A stretch of 64,000 bases of DNA. Source: Psammoneis japonica (taxonomy: Eukaryota). Below, one piece after another: positions 13,783 through 25,929 of the stretch (position 1 is the stretch's first letter; each line of letters opens with the position of its first letter). The position numbers were made by a program, and so were the translations under genes. The notes under the pieces are model-generated. The model was not told the DNA's origin. It was given only the letters and a program-made list of their open reading frames with translations, and ran no database searches. The stretch is from positions 326,608 to 390,607 of the forward strand of contig QPGO01000047.1 in the NCBI GenBank assembly GCA_008632985.1. Direction: 5' to 3'.

Positions 13783-13890
13783 ATCATCTAATCTGTTTCT
13801 TGGGTGGGACAGTGAGAGGGTTTCGGAGCAACTTGTTGGGAACGTATTTGGTCTTGATGGATTGAAGCTTTTCGTACAACCAAGGCTTGA
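13783..13890 (-). pseudogene. BBE-like C-terminal remnant, copy 2
   Basis: YEKLQSIKTKYVPNKLLRNPLTVPPKKQIR*. The DNA is a diverged duplicate of about 13075-13220. Confidence 0.6.
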
Positions 13891-15095
13891 CTCACAGTCG
13901 CAGGAGCAATCCTTTCCGATTTGGATAACGACACCATCTTGGAAATGCCTTCAAGAGCTCGAGAGAGCGGTGCAACAATAACAATATTTCGTTGCTTATG
14001 TTTTCGTTTGACTTTACCGATTCTAACACGTACTCCAAAAGGATACAGTCCGCAAAGGTACAATCCGAAGAGACTTTGTTTATTTTTTTTCAAGCGCAGC
14101 AAACTGACGTCGAATACCACCGTGGGCGAGTTTGTCTTCCATCTCTATACACTGTGGTGGCATATGCTGGATTGCCAGATCTACGCAAGCCAGAAACATG
14201 TTTCTTCAAGAGTTCATCATTGTGTTCGTCGCGAGATAAACAAACCGTCACAAAATAAACAAGACCGGTCGATTGTGTTGTGCTTTCAAAGTCACGCTCC
14301 CCCCAAAGCGCGAATCCAGAACGTTGTTATCAGAACGGATGTACTCGCTTCGTCTTGCGAAAATCGGTAAATGTACCAAACGATCCTTCACGACATGTCG
14401 TCGTCGTCGTGAGTAGTTCCAAGAAATCACAGCCTTTTTTCTAAATAACATCACTTGAAATTGATGAAGTAGAAATGGCAACGCGACCTTGTGCAAAACA
14501 CCCCACTGTTCACTGTTGCGGATGGCACGGTTGCAGCCCATCAGCAGAATGGCATGCGGCATGCAATTATTGAATCTCGCTTTTGTAAGTCTTTTTGTCT
14601 ATTTGCGAAAGACGATTCTTCCTTTTTCGCTGCAGCCTTGCATCGTTATTTTGGAGGCATTGGTGCAAACGTTGCTGAAAGAGCGACGGCAGATTATCAT
14701 GGGCGAGTTCTAGAGTGCAAGCACATCAAGAGAGAAAACTCCAGACGAGAAAAGATCAAGGATACCGGACATGCGCGCGTGCGCACGCCCCCCGAGTTCT
14801 CTGCGCTGGTTGCGCGCGGTTGCTGACGGGCTGTTGCATGTGGCAAAAAAACGCGGGAAATCTAATAGATTCATTCAATCGTGAAGACTTTGAATAAGTA
14901 AGATGGGCAATAGTCGTCCTACACAAACCATGGTACATATTTCTACGTGAAACCTACCAATCACACAACGTCGACATCGCAAAACCATCTGCAGATCCCA
15001 CGACCGATCGTTTCCACGGACCCACGCTTTCTCGTGCATAAGAGCACACAATTGATTCAATCGACGTATTGCATTGACTCAATTGCCTCGAAATC

Positions 15096-16300
15096 ATGGA
15101 TCTATCCGACTCTACCATGTCCAACATCTTTCTTGCATTCATCATCGTGTACTTCATTCTCTGTCTTCCGATTGTTATCGGGGGCATCGAGATCTACGTT
15201 CGCTTCTTCCGTCGCTATGTTTTCGGCCTCTTTCCTTGGGTGTTTCCAAAGAGCTGGACGACAACGGTAAGTGAGCGACTGGCTTATGTATCCAAGTTTT
15301 TCGCCTTGACAATCACATCTAACTGTGTTCTTGCGTTGTTACCGCCTTGATGTAGGAGCCGGTATTTGATGACAACCGCGAGTATGGAGAAGAGTATATC
15401 AAGCGCTTCTGGTACACCATGTATCTCTTGGTTCGGATGTTTGCTGTCTTTTGTTACAGTCGGGTAATCGGCGTCGATACGAAGCGTGCGTGGCGCATTT
15501 TTCGTAGCCCGACTTTCAACAGCAGTGTGTCTCTGTTGACGGTGCACATCATTTTGGGAGCAAGCATCAATCTCTACAAAAAGCTCATTGGCACGATTAA
15601 AAAGTCCATTATATTCCTCCGCGATCTGTCGAGCGCATTGATGGAGTCCACAATCAAGATGGTGGTTGAAACAAGTCCAATCGCGGCAGCTCTCGTCAAA
15701 TTCGTTTGCAAGAAGGCACTCAAGACAGTCAAAGGGTATACTTCCAGTATCGGATCCAAGGAAGACCCTTTGATTTTGCTGGCGAGTGTTGATATTGGAG
15801 AAGTTGTTTGTGCAGCTGATAAGAAGGTCGCTGGCATTGTGATCTATCTGCTCGTCGCGTTGGCACACGGACTTGACTCAACACAATGCATTGGACTTGC
15901 AACTCTGGTTTTCTGGCGCTTTGCTCCGTGGATGCTCAAGTGTTACAATGAAGGCTATTTCAGGAAGGGACTGGAGTCGACCATTAAGTTGCTCGATTCC
16001 AAGTACAAACGAGGACAAATTGTAATTCTCAAACCGGGTTCGGGACATGTCGAAACGCGAGCGAAAATTCTCAAGGTGCATTTCGATGACAAGTTGGTTC
16101 CCTATTACACCATCCTCTTGCCCAATAGAAAGGAAATTCTACAAACGGATGAGTCGCAGTTAATGAAAGAGCTACCTCCAACTCGTTACAAGTATTTCGA
16201 AGACGATTTTGACGACGACGAGGACGAATTTGAACGAAGCAGGGAAATAATGTCTGTATGGCACGTTTTGTTGAGCTCAAAAAGGTTCTGGCCGAAATAA
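15096..16300 (+). CDS. Membrane protein with C-terminal SH3/Tudor-like domain (2 exons)
   Basis: Exon 15096-15266, intron 15267-15355 (GTAAGT...TAG), exon 15356-16300 in frame. Hydrophobic segments and the domain KYKRGQIV...AKILKVHFDDKLVPYYTI...QTDESQL. Confidence 0.7.
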
Positions 16301-16662
16301 ACGCTGTGGTCCACGTATACGTGGCGGCCTCACCAATGTGGGAACCAATCGGTGAGACAACACAAAAAAGCAATCCTATACGTGACATTTGAATTCTGCT
16401 TTTGGGGAAATTTAGCTGCGTCGGAATGGAAAGAATTCGTCAAAATGATACTGCGAACGATACCTACTCTGTATACATATAATGTTTGTTTAGCACTGAT
16501 TATGATGTGTTCTACATAGTACGGCAGCTCTACTACTACGGTAGGCCGGAGCGATGCAGCTGCTTCCGACTGTACGACTAACTGGAACTCAACTCTAGTC
16601 GGGGATGCCATGAGACCTGCACAGATCCAATAATCTTTGGCTGCAACCGCGTGTTTTGTTGT

Positions 16663-17636
16663 TTACTCTGCAGAATGAATCGCAACCCATGGTGGTCTTC
16701 TTGGCTCCATCTTGCTCTGAACAAACAACCTCTTGGATCTTAAGAAATCAGATAAATCGTCACGATCCTCAATGATTTCATCTCGTTCCGATGGACGTTT
16801 TGGTAGTGTTTTGTTGCTATTCTTCTTTTGGAAACTTGCATTCTTGGCCGACTGCACTCGTGCTTTGGATGGTAATGGATCCCTTGCTGATGGTTGTACG
16901 ACAACTTCATCCCACGGAATGTCATTGGTACCATACTCGCATTGGACGACGATACAACAACTAATCTTTGTTTCCGTTGAGGCATACTGCGTACTCTTGA
17001 CGACGACGATACTGGATGGATGTATTGTTGCATCTCCGATGGGTCATGATCGTCGTGAAAATCATAATGCTCCGCCACGTGACCAAAAGAAAAATACATG
17101 TCTTCTTCTTCTTCGGATGATTCTTCTTCTTCCTGTACTTGTTGTTGTAGTCTCGCAAGAGCTGTCATGCGATACGATGACGCCGATTGTTGCTGTCGAT
17201 AGGGTGAATGTTGCATACCACTAATGGACGTCATGGAGGTGGATGTGACTTCACTCGCAGCCATGCTGGATGTCATTCCACTTGCCAAACTGGACGCATC
17301 CACATCAAAGGATTCATCAAACAAATGCTAATTATTGGAAGATGCTGACATTGTCGAACCCGCAGCCGCCATGGCGTAACCGTTTTCGTTGCCATCTTGT
17401 TTGGATATTTTGTTTTCGTCTTGATGTTGTCTCTCATCACTCACATTGTTACTATTCCGCGTCGTGGCCTTGGGTTGTTTCAGCACTATCCACCTCACTG
17501 CCAATAATTCCAATGCAAGTGCCACGGCCGCCACGCAGACACTATCAATGACTCCAGTATTATTACTGCTACTGCTCTTGGAAGATTCCTCTTCTTCTTC
17601 AGCATACTTTACTTCCACGCCTCGTACATTTAACAT
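16663..17636 (-). pseudogene. Low-complexity Ser/Gln/Glu-rich gene, apparently disrupted
   Basis: ORFs 17328-17636 and 16740-17324 are in the same frame, separated by one stop codon. No recognisable domain. Confidence 0.35.
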
Positions 17637-17829
17637 TTAATGCTTGTTGCAAACGTATCGCCCAAGTCTTGTCATTAAACGAAACGCACAAATTCGGTTT
17701 CGACGGGACTGCCTTGAAACAAAACTTGGCCCTTGTGCTCCAAAGTCGTTCTATTACTCTCTAAGTTGTCAACAAGACTTGATTTGATTTTTTTCAAGTC
17801 CAAATCAATGCCAACGGTCCGTGGTTGTT

Positions 17830-18067
17830 AGTTGGAAATGGTGAATTAAAAGTTCAAACACCAAAATTAGATAGCGTGAAGAAGACGTACGCGTCAGCGC
17901 TTGTGTGCTCCACGTGAAGCAACGAAACAGCCGATGGAAGCAGTCATTATTCTCTTTTAACTCTTAGAAAGTATTGGGATAACAAGCTTGTCTATTTTAG
18001 CCTCAGGATCAGACCTTAGAGGACTGAGGTGGCTCTGGAACAGTCACCAGAAGGATAAATTGCAACA
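17830..18067 (+). repeat. 5' LTR (238 bp)
   Basis: (a)gttggaaatggtga...aaattgcaaca aligns without gaps to 23632-23869, with 15 mismatches. Confidence 0.95.
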
Positions 18068-18171
18068 GCCAGAAGAGAGTGATCTCCAGCTGAGAGCTGT
18101 GAAAAGAAAGCAAGAAAGAAAAGAGTCACTCTCACGGCGTGTGAGATGTTTTGCTGCTTTGCCTTTTCATC

Positions 18172-21100
18172 ATGAGTGGAAGAGGCAAAGGTAGAAATGG
18201 CAACAGAAGCCAAGGAAGAGGACCCTCAGGAAGGGGAAACAAGAGTGGCAAGCAAAGCCACAAGGGCACCAATGATCATGTCCACTGTGTTGGAAGTGCC
18301 AAGCAAGCATCTGATTTTCAGATTGCTGCTGAGTTCATCATCAACTACATTGAGAAGACTTATGAGTTTGGAAATGACACTGCAACTGCACTCAACACTT
18401 ACACTCCATGTGACGTGAGTTCTGAGAAGCCGACTTTGCAGGTCAGCTTGACTGGAGATGACAAGGTGGACGCGCCATTGAACAAACAGTGTGAAATTGA
18501 GTTCAAGACAGAATTTGATGCTCACATTAAGAGGACCCAAACTTGTGAGAACAACCTTGTCAAGGCTTGTGCTTTGCTCTGGGAGAGATGTTCCAAGGCC
18601 ATGAAGAACAAGATTCAAGCAAGAGCCGAGTTCCAAACCAAAATTGAAAACGATCCTGTCGAGTTGCTCTCAAGGCCATTGAGGAGCATGCATTGAACTG
18701 CCAAGAGCACAGGTGTGACATGGCTGTCATCTCAGATTCAATGAGAGCGGTGCTGGAAACCAAGCAGAAGGAGAAGGAGAGTCTCCAAGATTGCACCAAG
18801 AGATTCAGGGTTGCAAGGGACGTCATGAAGTCTCACACTGGAGGACCAATTGTCCTCGCCAAGGCAGTGCAAGGCATGTCAGAACATGACAAGCACAATG
18901 CGGATTCTATCAAGAAGTGTCAAGAAAAGGCGTTCAGCCAATTGATGGGTTACATGTGCTTGGAGAACGCAGACCAGCGCAAGTGCGGATCAATTCTAAC
19001 AGGATTGAACACTCAGCAGTCCCTCAAGAACGACCAATGTCCCAAGTCCATTGCAGAAGCCAACACGGTGTTGAGCAACCACACTTTTGACCACGTTGGT
19101 CAGCCTGACAACTGCCACAACAAGAACAATCAAAAGAACAACTCTGACTCCAAGAAACAAGAAGAAAACCAAGAAATCACGCTGTCCTTCGCTCAGTTAG
19201 AAGGCAAGTGTTGCTGCTGTGGCAAGGCCGGACACAATTCCAACAAGTGCTGGGAAAGGCAAGGAAAACCTCAAGCAGAATGGGCCATCAACAAGGCCAA
19301 AGCCAAGCAAGAAGCAAGCAATGCTCAGGCGAGTGACAATGCCAGTGCAGCCAACTCTTCCACCAAAGAATCCACTGGAACAAAATCCACTGTTTTTCAG
19401 GATGGGCTGGCACGCACATCGATGTGTCTCTCTGCCAGGATCAATCTGGCAGCATGAGAGACTGGATTTTATTGGACAACCAGTCCACAACCACAATCTT
19501 CTGCAATGAGAAGCTCGTTGCAGACATCCATCCATCGGATGAAGCCATGCGTTTGCACACCAATGGCAGAGTCCCAGTCATGACACTCAAGGCCACGGTG
19601 CCAGGGTTTGGTGAGACTTGGTTTAACCCAGACGCAATCACCAACATTTTTGCTTGCTCCAACATGAAGAAGAAACACAGAATCACAAGTGATTCTAAGC
19701 AAGACAACGCATTCACCGTTCATCTCCCCAACAAGAAGGTCAGGTTCGAGGAGGACAGAAAAGGGCTGCATGTTTACAAGCCCAAGACAAACGACACTGG
19801 AGCTCAGCTCCAATTTGTGCAGAGTGTGGAAGAGAACAAGAAGTTCTACACTCCACGACAGTTTGAGAAAGCCAAGAGGGCTGGGGAATTGTTGCACGCG
19901 TTGGGAAACCCAACAGTGAACGATCTGAAGGCCATCATTTGCACGAACAGCATCAAGAACAATCCCATCACAATGGAGGATGTAGATTTGGCCGAGAAGA
20001 TTTTTGGACCAGACATTGGAAGTCTAAAAGGCAAGGTCACAAGGCAGAAGCCGGAGCCAGTTGTAGAAGACTACGTGGAGATCCCGAAGGAGCTCATTGC
20101 AGCGCAACACAAGGTCACTCTTTGCCTGGACGGTCTCAAGGTGAATGGATTGCCATTCCTCACTGCAGTGTCACGAAACATTTTTTATCGCACGGCACAA
20201 CCGCTCAAGGACTTGACCCAACCAACTCATCAAGAAGCTCTGGAAGATGTGCTGCGAGTCTGCAACAAGGCCGATTTGAAGGTCACACGCATTTGTTGCG
20301 ACAACGAATTCAGGCCCATTGGGAATGCACTAGAAGACAAGTTTGATCTCAAGATGAACTGCGCAAATGCTCAGGAGCATGTCCCAGAAGCCGAAAGAAA
20401 CAACCGAGTTATTCAAGAACGTGCCAGGGCAGTCCATCATCAGCTGCCATTCAAGCATCTGCCAAAACTCATGGTCGAAGTCATGGTCACCGAAGCTGCT
20501 GAGAAGCTCAGTTATTTTCCAGCCAAGCACAACGTTTCCAAACATTGCAGTCCAAGAATGATTCTCCATCAAAAGAATCTAGACTGTGACAAGAGCTGCA
20601 AGATCACGTTTGGCACTTGTGTGCAAGCTCACAATGACCCGGACCCCAAGAACACCCAAGAGTCACGGACCTTGGATTGCATTTATTTGCGCCCCACTGA
20701 CAGCAACCAGATTGGACATGAGTTGCTGCACTTGCAAACCGGCAAGAAGATCACTCGTCGCAAGGTCACCCCTGTGCCCATCACTCCCGCCATCATTGAG
20801 CAGGTTCATCGTTTGGCTGAAATGAACAAGATGCCCAATGGTCTCAAGATTCAGAACCGCACTGGAACTGTTCTTGGCTTGCAGGAGTGGATTGTGATGA
20901 AGAACAATTTGAAGACGAAGATTGCGATCTAGAAGAAGACATTGAAACTGAAGACGACGAGGAAGAAGAGCTCGGCTGGGGGGAGACTGCAACAGAGTTA
21001 GTCAAGAAGAGCTGCAAGACATAATTCGAGAACAAGAATTGGATGAAGAAGCCAGCCACATCAGTGAAGAACAAGACGAGACTCAAGAAGAAACCTCCAA

Positions 21101-23170
21101 TGATGAGCATCTCGGAGACAATGACGAAGTTGGTTCTCAACCGTCAGATGGCAGTGGAATTTCACAAGAAATCGATGACATGATTGACCACATTGATGAA
21201 CAACAGAGGCTGCTGGAACAAGAGAAGGAACACTCTCCAGAAGTGCAAGAGATCATCGACAAAATGAAAGACCTGGAATCTGATGATGAATCTGGAGAGG
21301 AGCAGAGTGAAACCAAAGAAAGTGTCCAAGAAGAGCCTGTTGCTACATCCAGGGCAGGAAGGACTCTGAAACCTCCAGCTAGATTGGGAGACTGCCAATG
21401 CCATCTACAGACTCAAGCTCATTCACAAGAAGAAGAGCACAGCTTAGAAACGGCCAGAATCATGGCCATGACAATGTGTCAGTGGAACGAGAAGATCAGC
21501 ACGATTTCCACTGATGAAGAAGCACATCAATTTATTCAGACGACTTGCAGCTTGGCACGAGGACTCCAGAAGTTTGGAGAAGAAGGCCACAAGTCGGCAG
21601 TGTCAGAGCTGAAGCAAATCCATGACAGAGTGGCTTTCAAACCCATTCACATCAATGACATGACTCCTCTGGAGAGGAAGAGAGCCATGGAGAGCCTCGC
21701 GTTTCTCACAGAGAAGAGAGATGGGCGAATCAAGTCAAGGTTGTGTGCAAACGGAAGCACGCAACGAGAGCACATGGACCGAGACGAAACCACCAGTCCA
21801 ACAGCATCCACAGAATCCATTCTCATCACAGGAGTGATTGATGCCAAGCAAGGCAGAGATGTTGTGACAGCGGACATCCCGAGCGCATTTGTGAAAACGG
21901 ACATCGAGGTCAAGGATGAAAAGATCATCATGAAGATCCATGGAAGGATGGTGGACATGTTGCTGGAATTGGATCCAGACACTTGCCAGGACTGCATCAT
22001 GTGCAAAGGCAAACACAAGGTTCTCTGTGTTGAAATGTTGAAGGCGCTCTGCGGAATGCTGGTGTCCTCCATTCTTTGTTGCAAGAAGTTCCGCAGAGAC
22101 ATCGAAGGAATCGGATTTGAGATTGATCCTCATGATCCATGTGTCGCCAACCACATCGTGAATGGAAAACAACACACGGTGACATGGCATGTGGACGATT
22201 TAAAGTCCAGTCACGTTGACAGCAAGGTCAACGATGAACTCAAGATTTGGTTGGACAAAACTTGTGCGGATGAGATCGGAAAGGTCAAAGTCACGCGTGG
22301 AAAGAGGCACGACTGCATGGCCATGACTCTAGATTGCTCCATTCCAGGAGCACTGCAAGTTGACATGATGCTTCATGTGCAAGGAATGGTCAAGGAGTTC
22401 TTCAAGGAATTCCCAGAAGAATTGTCGGGTGACGTGGATTGCCCGTGGAGCGAGAAGCTCAACAAGGTGGACGAGACAGCCAAGAAATTAGATCTCAAGC
22501 ATGCTCGGGCATTTTGCACTTTTGTGATGAAGGGCATGTGTTTGTGTGCAAGAGAGCCAGACAGGACATTCAGCCTGGCATTGCTTTTCTCTCCACCAGG
22601 GTCAAGGATCCAAATGAATTGGATTGGCCAAAGCTGGTGAGGCTCATGAATTTCCTCAAGACAACCCAGCTTGATGTCGCAGTCATGTCGGCTGGAGACA
22701 AAGTCATCATCGAGTGGCACACGGGCGCCGCACTCGCAGTCCATCTGGACCATAAAAGTCACACAGGTTCTGCCATGACCCTTGGAAAAGGTGTCATTAC
22801 ATCAGTCAGCACGAAGCAGAAGATCAACACCAGGAGTTCCACAGAAGCAAAAATCGTCGCAGGAGACGATGTTTTGGCAAAGGTCCTTTGGACCAAGCGA
22901 TTTGTTGAAGCTCAAGGTTTTGAAGTCGAGCGCAACATCATGCATCGAGACAACGAAAGTTGCACGAAACTAGAACAAAATGGAAAGGCCAGCTCGGGCA
23001 AACGCACGAGACATTTCAACGTGTCAAGCATTTTTGCATCACTGACCTCATCAAGCCAGGAGAACTTGAGGTTGAGTTCTGCCCAACAGACAAGATGATG
23101 GCAGATCACATGACCAAACCAGTGGTTGGTAAAAAGTTCATCATTGATCGTCAAGCCATCATGAACATCC
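18172..23170 (+). pseudogene. Copia gag-pol, frameshifted and Tyr-depleted
   Basis: Zn knuckle CCCCGKAGHNSNKC, protease WILLDNQST, integrase D..CCDNEF..EHVPEAERNNR, RT TADIPSAF / KALCG / WHVDDLK, RNase H SSTEA..RDNES. Confidence 0.95.
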
Positions 23171-23215
23171 AAGTGCCTGAGATGGTCAAATTTGGAAATG
23201 ACAAGAATCTTGTCA

Positions 23216-23607
23216 GACGCGTTCCAGGTCTAGAGGTGGGACCTCGTGCTGCTGAACTGTGACATCGACAGTTTTTTGAATCGCGTCGTATGTCGCGCAC
23301 GTAGATTTCTACGTGATTTTTTCGATATTTTGTGTCATTTTACGGTACACTTATTGAGCGATCCGTCCAACATCTTTTGACATTTTTTGTTACAGCGCGA
23401 TTCTATAATGTCTTAAGAATCGCGTAGGGCAGGCGCATTTGCAAAAACGTCGAGTGGTGTGAGGCATAATTGTACCACAAACTTGGCTGTTTATTTGATG
23501 TTGAAGACAAATATATCCATTGATTAAATTCTCGTACTACGGAGCTCGCACGTAGAATTCTACGGGCCCAATGTCACACGGAGTCCCACCTAGGGCTGGA
23601 ACGCGTC
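23216..23607. mobile_element. MITE copy A (392 bp) nested in the Copia 3' region
   Basis: TIR GACGCGTTCCAG...CTGGAACGCGTC (imperfect to ~30 bp). 4-bp TSD GTCA at 23212-23215 and 23608-23611. Reverse orientation relative to 59799-60188. Confidence 0.93.
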
Positions 23608-23631
23608 GTCATTGGTCAGCAGGAGTGTGCA

Positions 23632-23869
23632 TGTTGGAAATGGTGAGTTAAAAGTTCAAACACCAAAATTAGATGGCGTGAAGAAGACGCACGTGTCAGC
23701 GCTTGTGTGCTCTACGTGAAGCAACGAAACAGCCGATGGAAGCAGTCATCATTCTCTTTTGACTCTTAGAAAGTGTTGTGACAACAAGCTTGTCTATTTT
23801 GGCCTCAGGATCAGACCTTGGAGGACTGAGGTGGCTCTGGAACAGTCACCAGAAGGACAAATTACAACA
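23632..23869 (+). repeat. 3' LTR (238 bp)
   Basis: tgttggaaatggtga...aaattacaaca, with TG...CA ends. Confidence 0.95.
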
Positions 23870-23899
23870 GCAGCAAACTTCCAACAAAGGGTCCCATCA

Positions 23900-25450
23900 A
23901 GCATTGCCAAAAAGGGAGCCAAATGGCCCTCGTTGATTCCGGCATTCCTGTCAATCTCATGGCACACGCCGACAAACAATTGGAACGACTTTGCACCCAT
24001 TGTGTCCGTTCTCCTGCTGTGATGGATCATGTTTGTGGTTCTCCATTGGGTCGCAGGATTGTGGCTGAAGACATGGCCAGGATTGAGACATCATTGTTTG
24101 GACATCAGCTGCTTTGACTCCTTTGACCCAAATGACCTCCCAATCTCTCTTTGATGCAAAGTCTTGCCATGTTGTGCATTGATGGTGCCACCGGCATTGA
24201 CAAGCAGGCAATCCTTGGAGCACTGTCCAAAGAGGAAGATCCAAATGGCCCCAGCACCTGGGTTTTTGAAACTGCCTCAGCTGGTCATGTCAAAGACCTC
24301 TGCAAGTGGGAGATGGGTGAGCCCAACAAATTCATGGGGAGTGCAGATCCTGTGTTCATGCAAGAGCGCCAGAGTTGTTGGTGTGTGTGGAAATCAAAAC
24401 CACTGGGTGCACTCTCATCTGTGAGGGCCTTTTTTGGCAATTCTCACTGACGGGTTGACAACATCCAGAAACAGGTCTCCAATGTTGTCTCAGTGCATGT
24501 CTCTGCTGCAGCTGGCAGCTCAGGCTTCTTGGGAGTCTTTCCCAGCTACGACATGCAGTGCAAGAGCAGAAAAAAGCAGCCACGTGGGAGTTTTTGCAGC
24601 AAACTCTTTCCTGGTTTCATGCTCTTGTTCCTGAGTGGTTTGTGGCAGCATTGTCTTTGCTCAAAACAGTCTTGACAGGCCTTTTTGCAACATTTGTTGC
24701 TGACATTTCTCATGCCAAGCTCAAATGCCAAAGAGCTTGCCATCAGGTGCCAAGCTCTCAGCACTTGCAGTGCCATTTGCTCATTGTTTTGCTGCAGCAC
24801 TGGGCCCACAAGAGGCAACATGAGCCATCTCTCTTGAGTTGGGTTGGTCTCTCAGGTGATTGCAAGTTGCCTTGAGGACCTCAACATGGGGTGCTTGGCC
24901 TCCTTGGCTTGCTCAACTTCCTTGTTTGTGTGTCAGCAGGATCATTTCTGCCCCTGACTTCTGAGTTGAATTGCAGTGCTGGGTGCTGTTGGGTTGTCTC
25001 AACAGAGCTCTCTAAAACTCTCCATTTCTGGTTGCAAAACAAAGTGAGTTGACTCTGACCAAGCAGCAATTGTCAAATGTGTGCACAATGCATTGACACC
25101 AACAAAGGTTGCAACATGATGATCAAAATGACCAAAGAAGGACACCTTGACACCTGACACAAGGTGCAGGCTCTGACCACACTTTGCCAAAATGTGATCT
25201 TTGCATGTCCACACACTGGTGCTGAAACAGGTGCACAAGCAAGGCAAAATGCAAGTGCCTGGCAATTTGCCACAACCTTGTTTCAAAGAAACAACCACCC
25301 CTTTTCCACAGCACATGTTGTTTCTCCTGTTGTGGCAGAGGACCCCATTTGTGAACCTCCATTGGGGTTGCAGGCTTTGGCTTGGCTTCTTTGATCCAAA
25401 TGATCTCCCAATGTCTGCAGCTTCAAGTCACAAACTTGACAATGCACACA
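23900..25450 (+). pseudogene. Unidentified eroded coding-like sequence
   Basis: Protein-like fragments with an internally repeated motif (FDPNDLP at ~24122 and ~25390, each preceded by SP..PLG). Family not recognised. Confidence 0.3.
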
Positions 25451-25929
25451 TTTAGAATCCATCCAAGAACTGAGCAGCTTTTGTGCCACTTGTCTCATTT
25501 CTGATGCCGTGGAAAAAAGGAGAGGAGCTCAAGCTCAAGAGAGCAGTGCCCCGCCAAGGACCAGCCAGATGATGTGATGTGTTCACTGAGTCATCAGCAA
25601 AGGAAGCTTTCAAGCATTTGCAGTTCCAGCTCATGGGGGTCAGCAATGTTTTCAAATCATTGTCCTTGGAATTTGCATGGTCCTGGGAGAGAGAGCACTG
25701 GACATTTTGGGTTTCCAGCTCCTCCTGTCCCCATGTGTGCCACACTGCTGGTGCTGCATGCTTGCTCCAGTCCCAAGCAAACAATGCTCTGATTCCAACA
25801 TTCTTTTCAAAATGTCCAGAAATCTGTGGAAAATCTAGAAGGAAAACCAAGCTTGCTGTTCACCAGAATGTCACGCAGGTCGCAAAAAAGCAAAGAAAGA
25901 AAATGTGAGCAGCAGACAGCAGCATTTCT

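Larger units (their letters stand above)
17830..23869 (+). mobile_element. Full-length Ty1/Copia (CoDi-like) LTR retrotransposon, hypermutated
   Basis: Two 238-bp LTRs flank gag-PR-IN-RT-RH in Copia order. PPT-like cagcaggagtg lies before the 3' LTR. No TSD found. Confidence 0.97.

Noticed and set aside
13921..14900. Short ORFs and a GC-rich patch near 14760-14830
   Set aside because: No recognisable domain, TIR or TSD found.
18172..23170. Alternative genetic code or RNA editing restoring Tyr
   Set aside because: Neighbouring genes use Tyr normally, the changes occur on both strands and in non-coding MITE and LTR DNA, and frameshifts and stops show the sequences are dead.
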